Both the position numbers and the translations under genes were made by a program. Positions 1-8,999 of a stretch of DNA of 64,000 nucleotides are shown here, piece by piece. Every line of letters begins with the position of its first letter. Positions within the stretch are counted from its first letter, which is position 1. A model generated the notes under the pieces. That model did no database searches, was not told the origin of the DNA, and saw only the letters and a list, made by a program, of their open reading frames with translations. This stretch comes from a virus (lineage: Duplodnaviria > Caudoviricetes), in the IMG/VR virus record IMGVR_UViG_3300047576_000027, positions 1-64,000 of that record; one strand, given 5' to 3'.

Positions 1-895
1 GCCGTTCCTCGCGTTGCTCTCTCATCCCAACTGCGGGGATCGCGAAGAGCATCCCTTCACGCAGATTCTCCGACTCAATAATATGCTCAACTTCTTCAAG
101 CTCTGCCAGCACAAACGGCCGAATCCGCCCGTCCGCGTCAATGATGTCGTCGAATCCGAGGTCAGACGGCATTCGTGCCGCCCGTGCCCACGAGCAAATG
201 AAACGGTAAAACGGTTCTTGAGCGTGGCCCTTAAATCGCCATTCGATCACCTTGCCGTGCATGCGCCCGGATGCGGAGTTGTTCAGATCGTTCTTAAAGA
301 AACGATTGAGCATGTCCATGTGGCCAAGATACCCGAGAGCTTCACTGATGGTGCCAAGCTCAAAGAAGTCGTTGGGGGCCGGGGTAGCTGTTGCCATTAG
401 CCGGTACGGCATCCGGCGGATAAACTCCGTAACGTCGTTTCGCGTCACGCCCTGAGCGTTTTTCAACACCGACGCCTCATCTCCGATAAAGGACTCAAAG
501 TCATTCGGATCAAAGTGCTTCAGTTGCTCGTAGTTGCTCACTACGATTTTCGCGGTTGACGGGAACTTTCCGCCCTTTGAACGCATTGCTTCGATCCCGA
601 ACTTTTCGCCCTCGGCCACAGTCTGAGCCGAAACGGCATTCGGGGTCATTAATAAGGTGCGCTTGTTAGTTTTCCTGGCTATGTTTTGTGCGAAGCATAG
701 TTCCAGGAGAGTTTTCCCTGTGCCGCAGTCAGTCAGATCAGCACTCCGCGCATTCCGGCAATTGAACTCGTTCAGAAACTTCTGAAAGTCAAACATGCAG
801 TCGGGAGTGTAGAGCGGCGCAAATCCCCCCCCATCCCCGAATTGAGATTTGGTCACGATAAACGACTGGTAGCGGTGAGTGGCTTCGGTTGTCAC
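1..895 (-). CDS. SNF2-like (SF2) phage helicase, runs off the window's left edge
   Basis: Not in the ORF track. My translation from GTG 895 gives MTTEATHRYQSF...DCGTGKT (Walker A)...VVSNYEQL...FIGDEAS (Walker B)...MATATPAPND (motif III)...EWRFKGHAQEPF. The start overlaps the upstream stop (GTGA). Confidence 0.85.
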   Translation of the reverse strand, partial: MTTEATHRYQSFIVTKSQFGDGGGFAPLYTPDCMFDFQKFLNEFNCRNARSADLTDCGTGKTLLELCFAQNIARKTNKRTLLMTPNAVSAQTVAEGEKFGIEAMRSKGGKFPSTAKIVVSNYEQLKHFDPNDFESFIGDEASVLKNAQGVTRNDVTEFIRRMPYRLMATATPAPNDFFELGTISEALGYLGHMDMLNRFFKNDLNNSASGRMHGKVIEWRFKGHAQEPFYRFICSWARAARMPSDLGFDDIIDADGRIRPFVLAELEEVEHIIESENLREGMLFAIPAVGMREQREER

Positions 896-1203
896 TGTTC
901 CTCCACCGTAAGCCGAACGGCTCCGCACACGTAACACTGCACCCGACGGATGCCCTGATTGTTCCGGCCCTTCCGGGTCCATTTCCCGATGCAGTTTTCA
1001 CGCCGGTGCTTGAGTTCCGGGATCGGAAGAATCGGGCCGGTAGGGCGACCGACCATGCCGCCCAGAACGACAGGATGTTTGGGTCTGGCGGGCGGTTGCC
1101 CTGCCGACAGAATGATCCTGCCTGGAGATGTCCCGAAGAATCTCGGGTCCGGATCGGGCAACTGGATGTCGGGGATGTCTAAGAGTTGGCGGTAGTTAAG
1201 CAT
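892..1203 (-). CDS. Hypothetical protein with C-terminal CxxC
   Basis: ORF MLNYRQ...QCYVCG, coupled to the helicase start. Confidence 0.5.
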   Translation of the reverse strand: MLNYRQLLDIPDIQLPDPDPRFFGTSPGRIILSAGQPPARPKHPVVLGGMVGRPTGPILPIPELKHRRENCIGKWTRKGRNNQGIRRVQCYVCGAVRLTVEEQ

Positions 1204-1216
1204 GGTTAAGGAATGG

Positions 1217-1348
1217 TCAAGAATGGTCCGCACGGTCAGCGCCGGTAGCGCAACCACAGATCACGAGAGATGCAGTGACGGAGACGAGTTTGCCAATCTC
1301 TGCCACGGACGGCTTCAGGGACCTGGAACCGGCTATCAAAAGCCTCAT
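1217..1348 (-). pseudogene. Truncated YspA/SLOG-family (DUF2493-like) fragment
   Basis: MRLLIAGSRSL...VICGCATGADR matches the SLOG N-terminus (IAGSR...GxAxGAD) but stops after 43 aa. Confidence 0.6.
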
Positions 1349-1415
1349 TTCACCCTCCACCCGTACAGCAGCAGCATGAACCCGTAAACGCCTGTGAGAA
1401 TTTCGATGATGGGGA

Positions 1416-1843
1416 TCAAACATCCCTCCGACACATCGGTATATCGCCAGCATCTGAACTACGCTCAGATTTCTCATCGCGCAACATTTCTGCGCGCCAC
1501 TGGTCCCGTACCCAGTGACGCGGGCAATAAGTGCCTGAGTCAAACAAGCACTTGGGACGGTCCACGGCCGCCCCACACCCTGAACATATTGGCTCCGGAT
1601 GCCGCGCAATCACTTCCGGCCTAATTTCAAGTCCGCCCACGATGGTCATCTTCCCTCCCTGCACTTCCCGCAAGCACTCACGTTGACTAGTCCGTGCGGG
1701 CATCTGTTCAGGCCGTCTGCGCCGTACATCTCATGGCGGCACTCGCGGCACTCACCGCCCGATACATGCTGTCCGCCGATCCAGCCGGAAGAAATACGGA
1801 TGCCGTGGGCGCAGATAGCGGGGAGGGGAAGGGAGTTGGTCAC
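1416..1843 (-). CDS. Two small Cys-rich hypothetical proteins (1646-1843, 1416-1649)
   Basis: Overlapping start/stop codons, CxxC motifs. Confidence 0.5.
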
Positions 1844-2163
1844 TTGGCACCCCCGGTCAGCAACAGATCCAGCTTTTCATGAAGGCCACGCACGGCATCC
1901 CGATCACGTTCCATCTGGCGGTTCTGACTCATCATGATGAGCGGCCCCTGAAACGTGCTGACGATGGTATAGACGAGGTTGAGGCAGATGTACGGGTATG
2001 GATCGAAAACGCCGAATACCCAGTACATCGCACCATTCAGGACGATCCACGCAGTAGTACAAATGGTGAAGACTACAATAAAGGTCCACGATCCGAAGAA
2101 CTCGGTTGCGGCATCGGCGGCGCGTTGCGCCCGACTCAGGCTCGGCCCTTTTTCACTTGCCAT
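1840..2163 (-). CDS. DUF1003-family membrane protein
   Basis: ADAATEFFGSWTFI...FDPYPYICLNL...QGPLIMMSQNRQ...D signature, two TM segments. Confidence 0.85.
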   Translation of the reverse strand: MASEKGPSLSRAQRAADAATEFFGSWTFIVVFTICTTAWIVLNGAMYWVFGVFDPYPYICLNLVYTIVSTFQGPLIMMSQNRQMERDRDAVRGLHEKLDLLLTGGAK

Positions 2164-2170
2164 GAAAAAG

Positions 2171-2216
2171 ATTCTGTCAGAAAACGGTTGACGTGTCAAT
2201 AAAATTATTCTAGTAT
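2171..2216. promoter_or_regulatory. Back-to-back divergent sigma70-type promoters
   Basis: + strand: TTGACG(2188)-17-TAGTAT, 6 nt before ATG 2223. - strand: TTGACA(2199-2194)-17-CAGAAT, 7 nt before ATG 2163. The -35 boxes abut as the near-palindrome TTGACGTGTCAA. Confidence 0.75.
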
Positions 2217-2222
2217 TTTTAC

Positions 2223-2399
2223 ATGGCAGAAAAACCCAGCACCGAAGCGGTGAAGCCGGTAATTTTTTCGCTTCACCACGGAGCAGAGGCAGAGCGCGCC
2301 CGCCAGTTGCTGAAGACGAAATGTTCCCGTCTCGGGATTCGGATGCAGGATGGCGTACTTGCTGCCGTATTGCAGTGGGTGAAGGCGGCGACACGATGA
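2223..2399 (+). CDS. Small ribbon-helix-helix-like DNA-binding protein
   Basis: My translation MAEKPSTEAVKPVIFSL...RARQLLKTKCSRLGIRMQDGVLAAVLQWV (58 aa) has a beta-helix-helix pattern. It is the first gene after the promoter and its stop overlaps the next ATG. Confidence 0.55.
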   Translation: MAEKPSTEAVKPVIFSLHHGAEAERARQLLKTKCSRLGIRMQDGVLAAVLQWVKAATR

Positions 2400-2548
2400 C
2401 CGAACAACAGCAAATAGAGCAGCTCACCAGTGAAATTGAGCGACTGAACTGTTTCAATGGCAAGCATCACTCCGGCATACCGGAAGATTTCAGAAACAGT
2501 ATGTCAGTTGCATTGGCTGCGTGGGATGAAATCAGGCGGACACTATGA
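2396..2548 (+). CDS. Hypothetical protein
   Basis: MTEQQQIEQL..., ATGA overlaps at both ends. Confidence 0.55.
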   Translation: MTEQQQIEQLTSEIERLNCFNGKHHSGIPEDFRNSMSVALAAWDEIRRTL

Positions 2549-3744
2549 CCCAATCCGAACGCGAAGCCTTCGTAAAATCCCTATCGACCGGCATTGGCGG
2601 CAGTTCCATCGCGTCACTGTTGCAACCATACATCCCGGTGGAGTACGGGTGTCAAAGAAAACTTTGGTACAGGCTGTCCGGAGTTGAGCCAAACTACCCG
2701 GAACTGGAGACTGAACCAATGGCATTGGGGACGATCCTTGAAGCGCCGGTAGCGACTGCGTACTCAAACCTCACAGGCCGAAAGCTGGAAGAAGTCGGGT
2801 TGAAGAAACACGTCGAACACGAATCGCTCCAAGTCCATATCGACCGGCTGATCCATCCCGTAGTTGGAGATTCGCACGACACGCAGGGCGTCTACGAGGG
2901 CAAGGCAGTCGGGGATGAGATGTTCCGTAAGGTGAGTGACACTGGCTTACCTGCGGATTACCTCTTGCAGGGTCAGCACGGGGTTCTTTGCCACGATCTT
3001 TCCTGGGGAGCCTTCGCGGTCGGCCGACGAAGCCAGTTCGCGCCTTACTACCTCATACAGGTCATGGCGAAGATCGATGGCCGTACCCCGCCGCCATTGA
3101 AAGAACCAAGGCCGATCTACTTCGAGTTTGAACGCGACAAGGGTATCTGTGACGCGATTCTCCGGGTCGGCCCTGAATTTTGGCTGACACTCAAGGACGA
3201 ATCGAAGATTCCGGATCGTTTGGAGCCGGATGACCACCGCTGCGAGGGGTGCGGGTGGAGACTCCAGTGCCAGGGCGCCGCCCTGCTTGAATCCGTCTCC
3301 CCCGAAGATAACCCCAAAAAACCGCCACTGATGGATGGACTCGGCCCGCTCATCGCTGAGCTCCGCGAACGCCACGTTGCCGTACTTAAGGCCATTGAGG
3401 ACGAAGAAGAAACCGAACAGGTCATCAAGATGATGCTGAGGGATAAGCAGGCCGTATCCGTCATGGTGCCCGATGAAGACGGCGAACTCAAACGCAAGAA
3501 TCTGATCTACCGGATCAGGCAGGGTACGCGGAGACTCAAGGGCGAGCGGATCGCGCCGTCGTATACTTTGTTGCGGAATCTGGCGATTGAGAATAAATGG
3601 CCGGGGGCGGAGTTGACACCCGCGCTTGAGGGGTGCTACGAGGCGGGGATGCCGTCACGACCGTTGCTCACGGCGTATGTGTTGCCGAAGAAGAAAAAGA
3701 AGGTTGTGGGGGAGTTGGATTCTGTTACAGAGGAAGAAGGGTGA
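2545..3744 (+). CDS. YqaJ-like viral recombinase / lambda-exonuclease-family nuclease
   Basis: GIGGSSIA, KLWY, MALGTILEA, HIDRLI, YEGK, LPADYLLQGQH motifs. Confidence 0.85.
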   Translation: MTQSEREAFVKSLSTGIGGSSIASLLQPYIPVEYGCQRKLWYRLSGVEPNYPELETEPMALGTILEAPVATAYSNLTGRKLEEVGLKKHVEHESLQVHIDRLIHPVVGDSHDTQGVYEGKAVGDEMFRKVSDTGLPADYLLQGQHGVLCHDLSWGAFAVGRRSQFAPYYLIQVMAKIDGRTPPPLKEPRPIYFEFERDKGICDAILRVGPEFWLTLKDESKIPDRLEPDDHRCEGCGWRLQCQGAALLESVSPEDNPKKPPLMDGLGPLIAELRERHVAVLKAIEDEEETEQVIKMMLRDKQAVSVMVPDEDGELKRKNLIYRIRQGTRRLKGERIAPSYTLLRNLAIENKWPGAELTPALEGCYEAGMPSRPLLTAYVLPKKKKKVVGELDSVTEEEG

Positions 3745-3751
3745 CACCTAA

Positions 3752-4642
3752 ATGGCATTACGAAAGACGCGAAGCGGGCTGCATATCCCGGCGTTTGTTC
3801 CCAATGGAGAACTGATAATGATCAACACACAAACGCCAACTACACGATGGGTTACAGTGACGCCAGAAATGGCGATGAAGTGGCTCGACGAAACGAACAC
3901 AAAAAACCGCCCGGTGCGGGAAACATGGGTAGCGCGGCTTGCTGCCGACATGAAAGCCGGCAGGTGGCGCGGGCAGAACGGCGAAGCAATCCGCTTTGAC
4001 ACCAGCGGAAGACTGGTAGACGGCCAGCATCGGCTATGGGCCTGCACCCAGTCTGGAATGCCGTTTGATACTTTGCTCATTACTGGTGTGGATGAGGAGG
4101 ACTACGGCACGATTGGCATCGGGCGCCCGAAGTCGTTCGGTGACTTTCTTGGGCCCGTCCACGGCGAAAAAAACGTGTATCTACTGGCATCAATGGTCCG
4201 CTTGGTGTACCGTTGGCAGCATGGGAATCTGGACAGTAAGGGCAACGTTGACCCAACGATTGCGGAATTGGAAATCACGCTTCGGGATCACCCGGGAATC
4301 AGGGAGAGTGCCAACCGTGTAGCCTCAATGGCGCAGTTGAAACGAATTCTTACATCGTCATTCGCGGGACTGATTCACTATGCTGGATACCTTGAAGGGA
4401 AGACTGCAATGGTTGAGTCTTTCCTTGAGCGACTTGGCTCAGGACTTGGATTGATGGATGATGATCCCGTATACCATCTCCGCAAGTTCCTCTTAAGTCA
4501 ACGCGGTATACGCCCCGGTTACCGTCGTCCCACACAGGTATACATCCTTGCGCTGGCAATCAAGGCATGGACGGCAAGCAAAGAAGAAAAGCGCATCAAG
4601 GCTTTACAGTTCCGTACCGGCGATGCATTCCCGCAATTATGA
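3752..4642 (+). CDS. ParB/Srx-fold phage protein
   Basis: VTPEMAMKWL..NRPV...MKAGRW...IRFD..GRLVDGQHRLWA; alternative start at 3818. Confidence 0.75.
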   Translation: MALRKTRSGLHIPAFVPNGELIMINTQTPTTRWVTVTPEMAMKWLDETNTKNRPVRETWVARLAADMKAGRWRGQNGEAIRFDTSGRLVDGQHRLWACTQSGMPFDTLLITGVDEEDYGTIGIGRPKSFGDFLGPVHGEKNVYLLASMVRLVYRWQHGNLDSKGNVDPTIAELEITLRDHPGIRESANRVASMAQLKRILTSSFAGLIHYAGYLEGKTAMVESFLERLGSGLGLMDDDPVYHLRKFLLSQRGIRPGYRRPTQVYILALAIKAWTASKEEKRIKALQFRTGDAFPQL

Positions 4643-5550
4643 CCCCCTTCAGTGAACTTCTGGAAGACCATCTTTCCACTTGGGGGCCGCATTGTGGAGC
4701 GCCGCTCGAAGTGTACAAAGGTCACCTTCGGACTCTGTTGACCGCCCATGCGGATTTCCTGAAACGCCCCGTTGCTCCGTTTCTCCTCTCTCTGACGCAC
4801 CCAATTGTTTTCATCGATGTGGAGTCAATCGGGGTCGATCCCGAAACCGCCCGTATCATCGAATTCGCGGCTTGCGTTCTACATCCCGATCACGCCCGCA
4901 AATACTTCTGTCAGCGATTCAACCCGGAGATGCCGATTCCTAAAGAATCCACGGAGATTCACGGTATATCTGACGCTGATGTTAAGGACTGCCCGCCGTT
5001 TCGGGATCACGCCGTAAAGATTCATCGGGCAATGCAGCAGCGCGATATTGGCGGATACAATCTCAGGCGGCTGGACCTGCCGGTCATTGATGCGGAGTTC
5101 CGGCGGTCGGGGTTGAAGTTGGACGTTACTGGCATCAATATTATCGATGCGTTCGGCATCTACCAGAAAAAAGACCCGCGCAAGCTGGAGAACGCCGTCG
5201 CAAAGTATTGTGGCCGCTCTCACGAGAATGCGCACGGGGCCGCTGCTGACGCGGAGGCGTCGCTCGATGTGTGGCTCGGGCAGATGGGGATGCATGAGGA
5301 TTTGCGCGGAATGGGGCTGGACGAGCAGGCGCAGTTCTGCTTGCAGGGTGACAATCAACCGGCTGACCTCGCCGGGAAGCTGTATTTGAAAGACGGCGAG
5401 ATGTACTACGCATTCGGAAAAGCCAAAGACAAGTGCGTTGCCGACGATCCGGGCTTCGGCATGTGGATGTTGAGGCAGAACAGCCCTCCGTTCCCCGGCT
5501 CTACCTGTGAGGTACTCACGGCTGAGTTCAAGCGGTTGGGGTTGATGTGA
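4639..5550 (+). CDS. DEDDh 3'-5' exonuclease (DnaQ/epsilon-like)
   Basis: FIDVES (ExoI), GYNLRRLDLP (ExoII), AHGAAADA (ExoIII), C-terminal FGK motif; ATG 4639 overlaps the upstream TGA. Confidence 0.9.
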   Translation: MTPFSELLEDHLSTWGPHCGAPLEVYKGHLRTLLTAHADFLKRPVAPFLLSLTHPIVFIDVESIGVDPETARIIEFAACVLHPDHARKYFCQRFNPEMPIPKESTEIHGISDADVKDCPPFRDHAVKIHRAMQQRDIGGYNLRRLDLPVIDAEFRRSGLKLDVTGINIIDAFGIYQKKDPRKLENAVAKYCGRSHENAHGAAADAEASLDVWLGQMGMHEDLRGMGLDEQAQFCLQGDNQPADLAGKLYLKDGEMYYAFGKAKDKCVADDPGFGMWMLRQNSPPFPGSTCEVLTAEFKRLGLM

Positions 5551-5553
5551 GCG

Positions 5554-5965
5554 ATGCGCCGACCCCCGCGTGCTCTCGCCGCCGACCCGAAGTGGTGCTC
5601 CATTCGCGGATTCCGGATCAGTGAGATAATCGTCAGTTCCAGTCATCCGCTGTTCGGCACGATTGACCATCTGGTTCCACGGTCGGCCGGGGGTAAGGAC
5701 GTGAAGGAAAACAGGTTTCCGGCTCACTTGTTTTGCAATAACCAGAAGGGTTCGCACACAAAACTTGACTAGGGTAGAGGTATGCGCTCTGCAAACACAG
5801 GTTATGATTTATCTTCGACGGTCGGGCATGGGGAAACACGCAACTGACGAATGCCTCCGCGCCGCACGGGAGCGAATTAAATTTGACGTCCCGACAAAAG
5901 GCCAGCGAAGGAAATATTCAGAGGCTTCGCCGTCGCCCGATGGGAATCCGAAGGTGGGGCGGTAA
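5554..5965 (+). pseudogene. HNH endonuclease, apparently split by a +1 frameshift near 5760
   Basis: TIDHLVPRSAGG..ENRFPAHLFCNNQKG. The first Zn motif is degenerate (CSIR). Removing one A from the A4 run joins it to ORF 5765-5965. Confidence 0.55.
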
Positions 5966-5973
5966 AATAATTG

Positions 5974-6003
5974 TTGACACAGGTGCAACATATGGTGCAT
6001 GAT
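5974..6003 (+). promoter_or_regulatory. Sigma70-type promoter
   Basis: TTGACA-18-CATGAT, 7 nt before GTG 6011; inverted TGCA-N8-TGCA lies inside (possible operator). Confidence 0.65.
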
Positions 6004-6010
6004 TAATTTC

Positions 6011-6163
6011 GTGGAGAAAACAGTTCAGGTCCGGATAAAAGAAAGCCTGAGGGATCGGGCGAAGGCTGAAGCGGCGCTCAGGCATATGACGCTGGAAGAT
6101 TACGTCTGTATGGCTCTTCATAAGTTTCTTCCTGAACCCCGTACGTCTCCGAGGAAAAAGTAA
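6011..6163 (+). CDS. Ribbon-helix-helix (Arc/HicB-like) regulator
   Basis: My translation MEKTVQVRIKESLRDRAKAEAALRHMTLEDYVCMAL (50 aa); TAA abuts the next ATG. Confidence 0.7.
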   Translation: MEKTVQVRIKESLRDRAKAEAALRHMTLEDYVCMALHKFLPEPRTSPRKK

Positions 6164-7324
6164 ATGTGCAAATTCGCCAGTTTCGTAATCACAAAGGACC
6201 GTGAGTTCTGGTCTGACAAATCAGACTCACACACGCATATCATCGCGGAAAACGATCTGCATGAGGATGGCCCGCGAGGACCGAATATTATCCGCGTGGA
6301 GATATCACCCAACGCGACGATAAAGAAGTGGCCAAGCCTGAAAGCATGGGACTACAAAGTCGATCAGGATTTATTGCCCGAATGGCATAATCCTGAGACG
6401 ACGGAAAAGCGTGCGAGGGCGGCACTGGCCCGAAGAGAGAAATCGGGGTTTACTACCGTGTACGCGAGCGGCTGCACCGCCCTGACCGAACTGAAGGCGG
6501 AGAAGGCGGGTTACGTGGACGCGAGCGGCTGCACCGCCCTGACCGAACTGAAGGCGGAGAAGGCGACTACCGTGGACGCGAGCGGCTGCACCGCCCTGAC
6601 CGAACTGAAGGCGGACAGCGCGACTACCGTGGACGCGAGCGGCTGCACCGCCCTGACCGAACTGAAGGCGGAGAAGGCGGGTTACGTGGACGCGAGCGGC
6701 TGCACCGCCCTGACCGAACTGAAGGCGGACAGCGCGACTACCGTGTACGCGAGCGGCTGCACCGCCCTGACCGAACTGAAGGCGGAGAAGGCGACTACCG
6801 TGGACGCGAGCGGCTGCACCGCCCTGACCGAACTGAAGGCGGACAGCGCGACTACCGTGGACGCGAGCGGCTGCACCGCCCTGACCGAACTGAAGGCGGA
6901 GAAGGCGGGTTACGTGGACGCGAGCGGCTGCACCGCCCTGACCGAACTGAAGGCGGACAGCGCGACTACCGTGTACGCGAGCGGCTGCACCGCCCTGACC
7001 GAACTGAAGGCGGAGAAGGCGGGTTACGTGGACGCGAGGGGCTGCACCGCCCTGACCGAACTGAAGGCGGAGAAGGCGGGTTACGTGGACGCGAGCGGCT
7101 GCACCGCCCTGACCGAACTGAAGGCGGACAGCGCGACTACCGTGTACGCGAGCGGCTGCACCGCCCTGACCGAACTGAAGGCGGAGAAGGCGGGTTACGT
7201 GGACGCGAGGGGCTGCACCGCCCTGACCGAACTGAAGGCGGAGAAGGCGGGTTACGTGGACGCGAGGGGAGTTCCGAAGGATTGCAAAATCACAGCGCGA
7301 AAAGGCGCGCAGATACTGAGATAA
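6164..7324 (+). CDS. Phage protein with an N-terminal MCxFxS..DSH domain and a 19-aa LRR-like solenoid
   Basis: 96-aa N-domain followed by 14 repeats of (TT/GY)V(D/Y)A(S/R)GCTALTELKA(EK/DS)A. Confidence 0.85.
   Translation: MCKFASFVITKDREFWSDKSDSHTHIIAENDLHEDGPRGPNIIRVEISPNATIKKWPSLKAWDYKVDQDLLPEWHNPETTEKRARAALARREKSGFTTVYASGCTALTELKAEKAGYVDASGCTALTELKAEKATTVDASGCTALTELKADSATTVDASGCTALTELKAEKAGYVDASGCTALTELKADSATTVYASGCTALTELKAEKATTVDASGCTALTELKADSATTVDASGCTALTELKAEKAGYVDASGCTALTELKADSATTVYASGCTALTELKAEKAGYVDARGCTALTELKAEKAGYVDASGCTALTELKADSATTVYASGCTALTELKAEKAGYVDARGCTALTELKAEKAGYVDARGVPKDCKITARKGAQILR
6452..7270 (+). repeat. 57-bp coding tandem repeat, 14 full copies plus a partial copy
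   Basis: Unit gcgagcggctgcaccgccctgaccgaactgaaggcggagaaggcgggttacgtggac with four biallelic sites. Confidence 0.97.
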
Positions 7325-7328
7325 ATTC

Positions 7329-8780
7329 ATGTCCACCCAACTAACCACCCAACTAACCAAACCCGACTTCGGACGCCTCTACGGCATCACGTTCAGTCCC
7401 GAAACCAAACAGCCAATCGTCCGCACTCCGCGAGTCCTGAAAGTCGGCATCGGAGTCCCGAAGGGCCGCGCAATCAGTGTGTTCCTGTTCAACGGCACAT
7501 GGCATATTCGTCACGGCGTATGGGAGAAGAATCCGGGCGGTAAAGACAAACTCGTGATGAAAACGGTGTTTCGGGGCGGCCAGAATGGCCAGCAGAACAC
7601 AAAAGAAGCCGCAGAAGTCTGGCACAATGCGCATAAGAACGAAGCGGCGGTCAGCAACCGGCCCCAGAAAGTCCCGTACTTTACTTTTACGCGCCGCACC
7701 ATCGTGGAAGGGTCAGATGGCAAGCCGGTTGAGGTATTCGAGCCGGACTTCGACGCTATCGAGGCGCATGGCGACCTTCCCAAGCGCCTGCCTGTTGTTC
7801 TCACGAGCGACAACCCGCTGTATCAGGAAGACGCCTACTGGTCCGCAACGGAGTTGAAGTGCCACGGAGACGGCATCACTGCGGAGCGTGCCATTACGAT
7901 GGGATCAAAAGAAAATCCGGGATGGGAAGAAGCGAAAAAATCCGGACAGAAGATGTTCTTGTTTTCACCGTGCCGTTTGGGCGGATGCCCCTTCTCCGGT
8001 AAAGAGTGCAAGCGTCATTCGACCATTAATATCCAACTGGCATACGCGCTCCGCATCGGCGCGACGGCCTACTTCAGCAGCACCGGCGATGTCACGGCGA
8101 ACATGCTGTTTTCCTCGTTCACGGAGATCAAGGTGGCGGCCGAAAAGCGCGACCTCTCTATCGTGGGGATTCCGATGGATTTGGTACTCGGGAGCTTCCG
8201 GGCGAACCACGAAGGAAAACCATCCGTGCAGCCGTGCGTATCCCTGGAGTTGCGGGCGGCGGGGATGAAGCGACTCAATCAGATTCTGGTTGAGAACTCG
8301 TGGGTTCCGTCGAAGTTGGGCGAGACGCAGCAGGTCATCGCTGCCCCTGTCAGCGCAGAGATTTACGATGCATCTCCGGAGACGCTGGCCCCCGGAATCG
8401 CGGCGGAATTTACGGACGCGGAGTTTGATGATGATGTGCCGGCAGAGGAAGAGAATAGGCAGTCCACGGGTGCGGCTACGGCATCTGCGGCCAAAATTAC
8501 CGAGATCGGGGAAAAACTGAAGAGTGCAACCGCAACGGCCCCCGAGAAAGAGAAATCCCCCTGGCGATCCCGCCCCGAAATGGTGGCGGCGATCATGACG
8601 GAGAAGGAACGGCTTGGCTTTGAGTTGTGGGGAAAGATTCTCAGTGCTGCTGGTGTCACTCCCGCCGAACTGGGAACGGGGAAGGAAACCGATCCGAAGT
8701 TCGCGGCGGCTTATCGGGAGATGAAGGCGGCGGAGAAGCCGAAGGCTACTGGCGTCGTGGCGGAAGGGTCGCCGTTTTAG
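7329..8780 (+). CDS. Gp3-like / recombination-directionality-factor-like protein (probable annealing partner of YqaJ)
   Basis: KVGIG..PQKVPYF..LKCHGDG..C.CP..CK Zn cluster..GIPMDLVL; acidic linker; C-terminal ...SPF. Confidence 0.6.
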   Translation: MSTQLTTQLTKPDFGRLYGITFSPETKQPIVRTPRVLKVGIGVPKGRAISVFLFNGTWHIRHGVWEKNPGGKDKLVMKTVFRGGQNGQQNTKEAAEVWHNAHKNEAAVSNRPQKVPYFTFTRRTIVEGSDGKPVEVFEPDFDAIEAHGDLPKRLPVVLTSDNPLYQEDAYWSATELKCHGDGITAERAITMGSKENPGWEEAKKSGQKMFLFSPCRLGGCPFSGKECKRHSTINIQLAYALRIGATAYFSSTGDVTANMLFSSFTEIKVAAEKRDLSIVGIPMDLVLGSFRANHEGKPSVQPCVSLELRAAGMKRLNQILVENSWVPSKLGETQQVIAAPVSAEIYDASPETLAPGIAAEFTDAEFDDDVPAEEENRQSTGAATASAAKITEIGEKLKSATATAPEKEKSPWRSRPEMVAAIMTEKERLGFELWGKILSAAGVTPAELGTGKETDPKFAAAYREMKAAEKPKATGVVAEGSPF

Positions 8781-8999
8781 GGTTCACTAGAAGGCGATGT
8801 TGACGGCCCTGCATCTGGTTTCCTCTTTTCCCAGCCAGGGCGTCCATTGCTGGAACTGGACAACGCTGGCATACCGTTGGGTGAAATGTATGCCAAAATT
8901 TTACTGGAAAGGAGGATATGGGATGACACGCTGTCACAGCACAACTCTGGGATATAGATTGAAGAACTGACGGCCGGGCGGCACCGGTCAAGGAAGTAA

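Noticed and set aside
14-455. + strand ORFs at the window start
   Set aside because: Antisense to the helicase, which has clear motifs
6452-7270. CRISPR array
   Set aside because: Contiguous in-frame 57-bp coding repeats with no unique spacers and no cas genes
6371-7360. 329-aa antisense repeat ORF
   Set aside because: Shadow of the stop-free repeat on the opposite strand
8778-8999. TAG readthrough or alternative genetic code extending the Gp3-like gene
   Set aside because: The frame stays open past TAG, but the protein ends in a typical ...PF tail, other genes (e.g. the endolysin) end properly at TAG, and long genes are not TAG-interrupted
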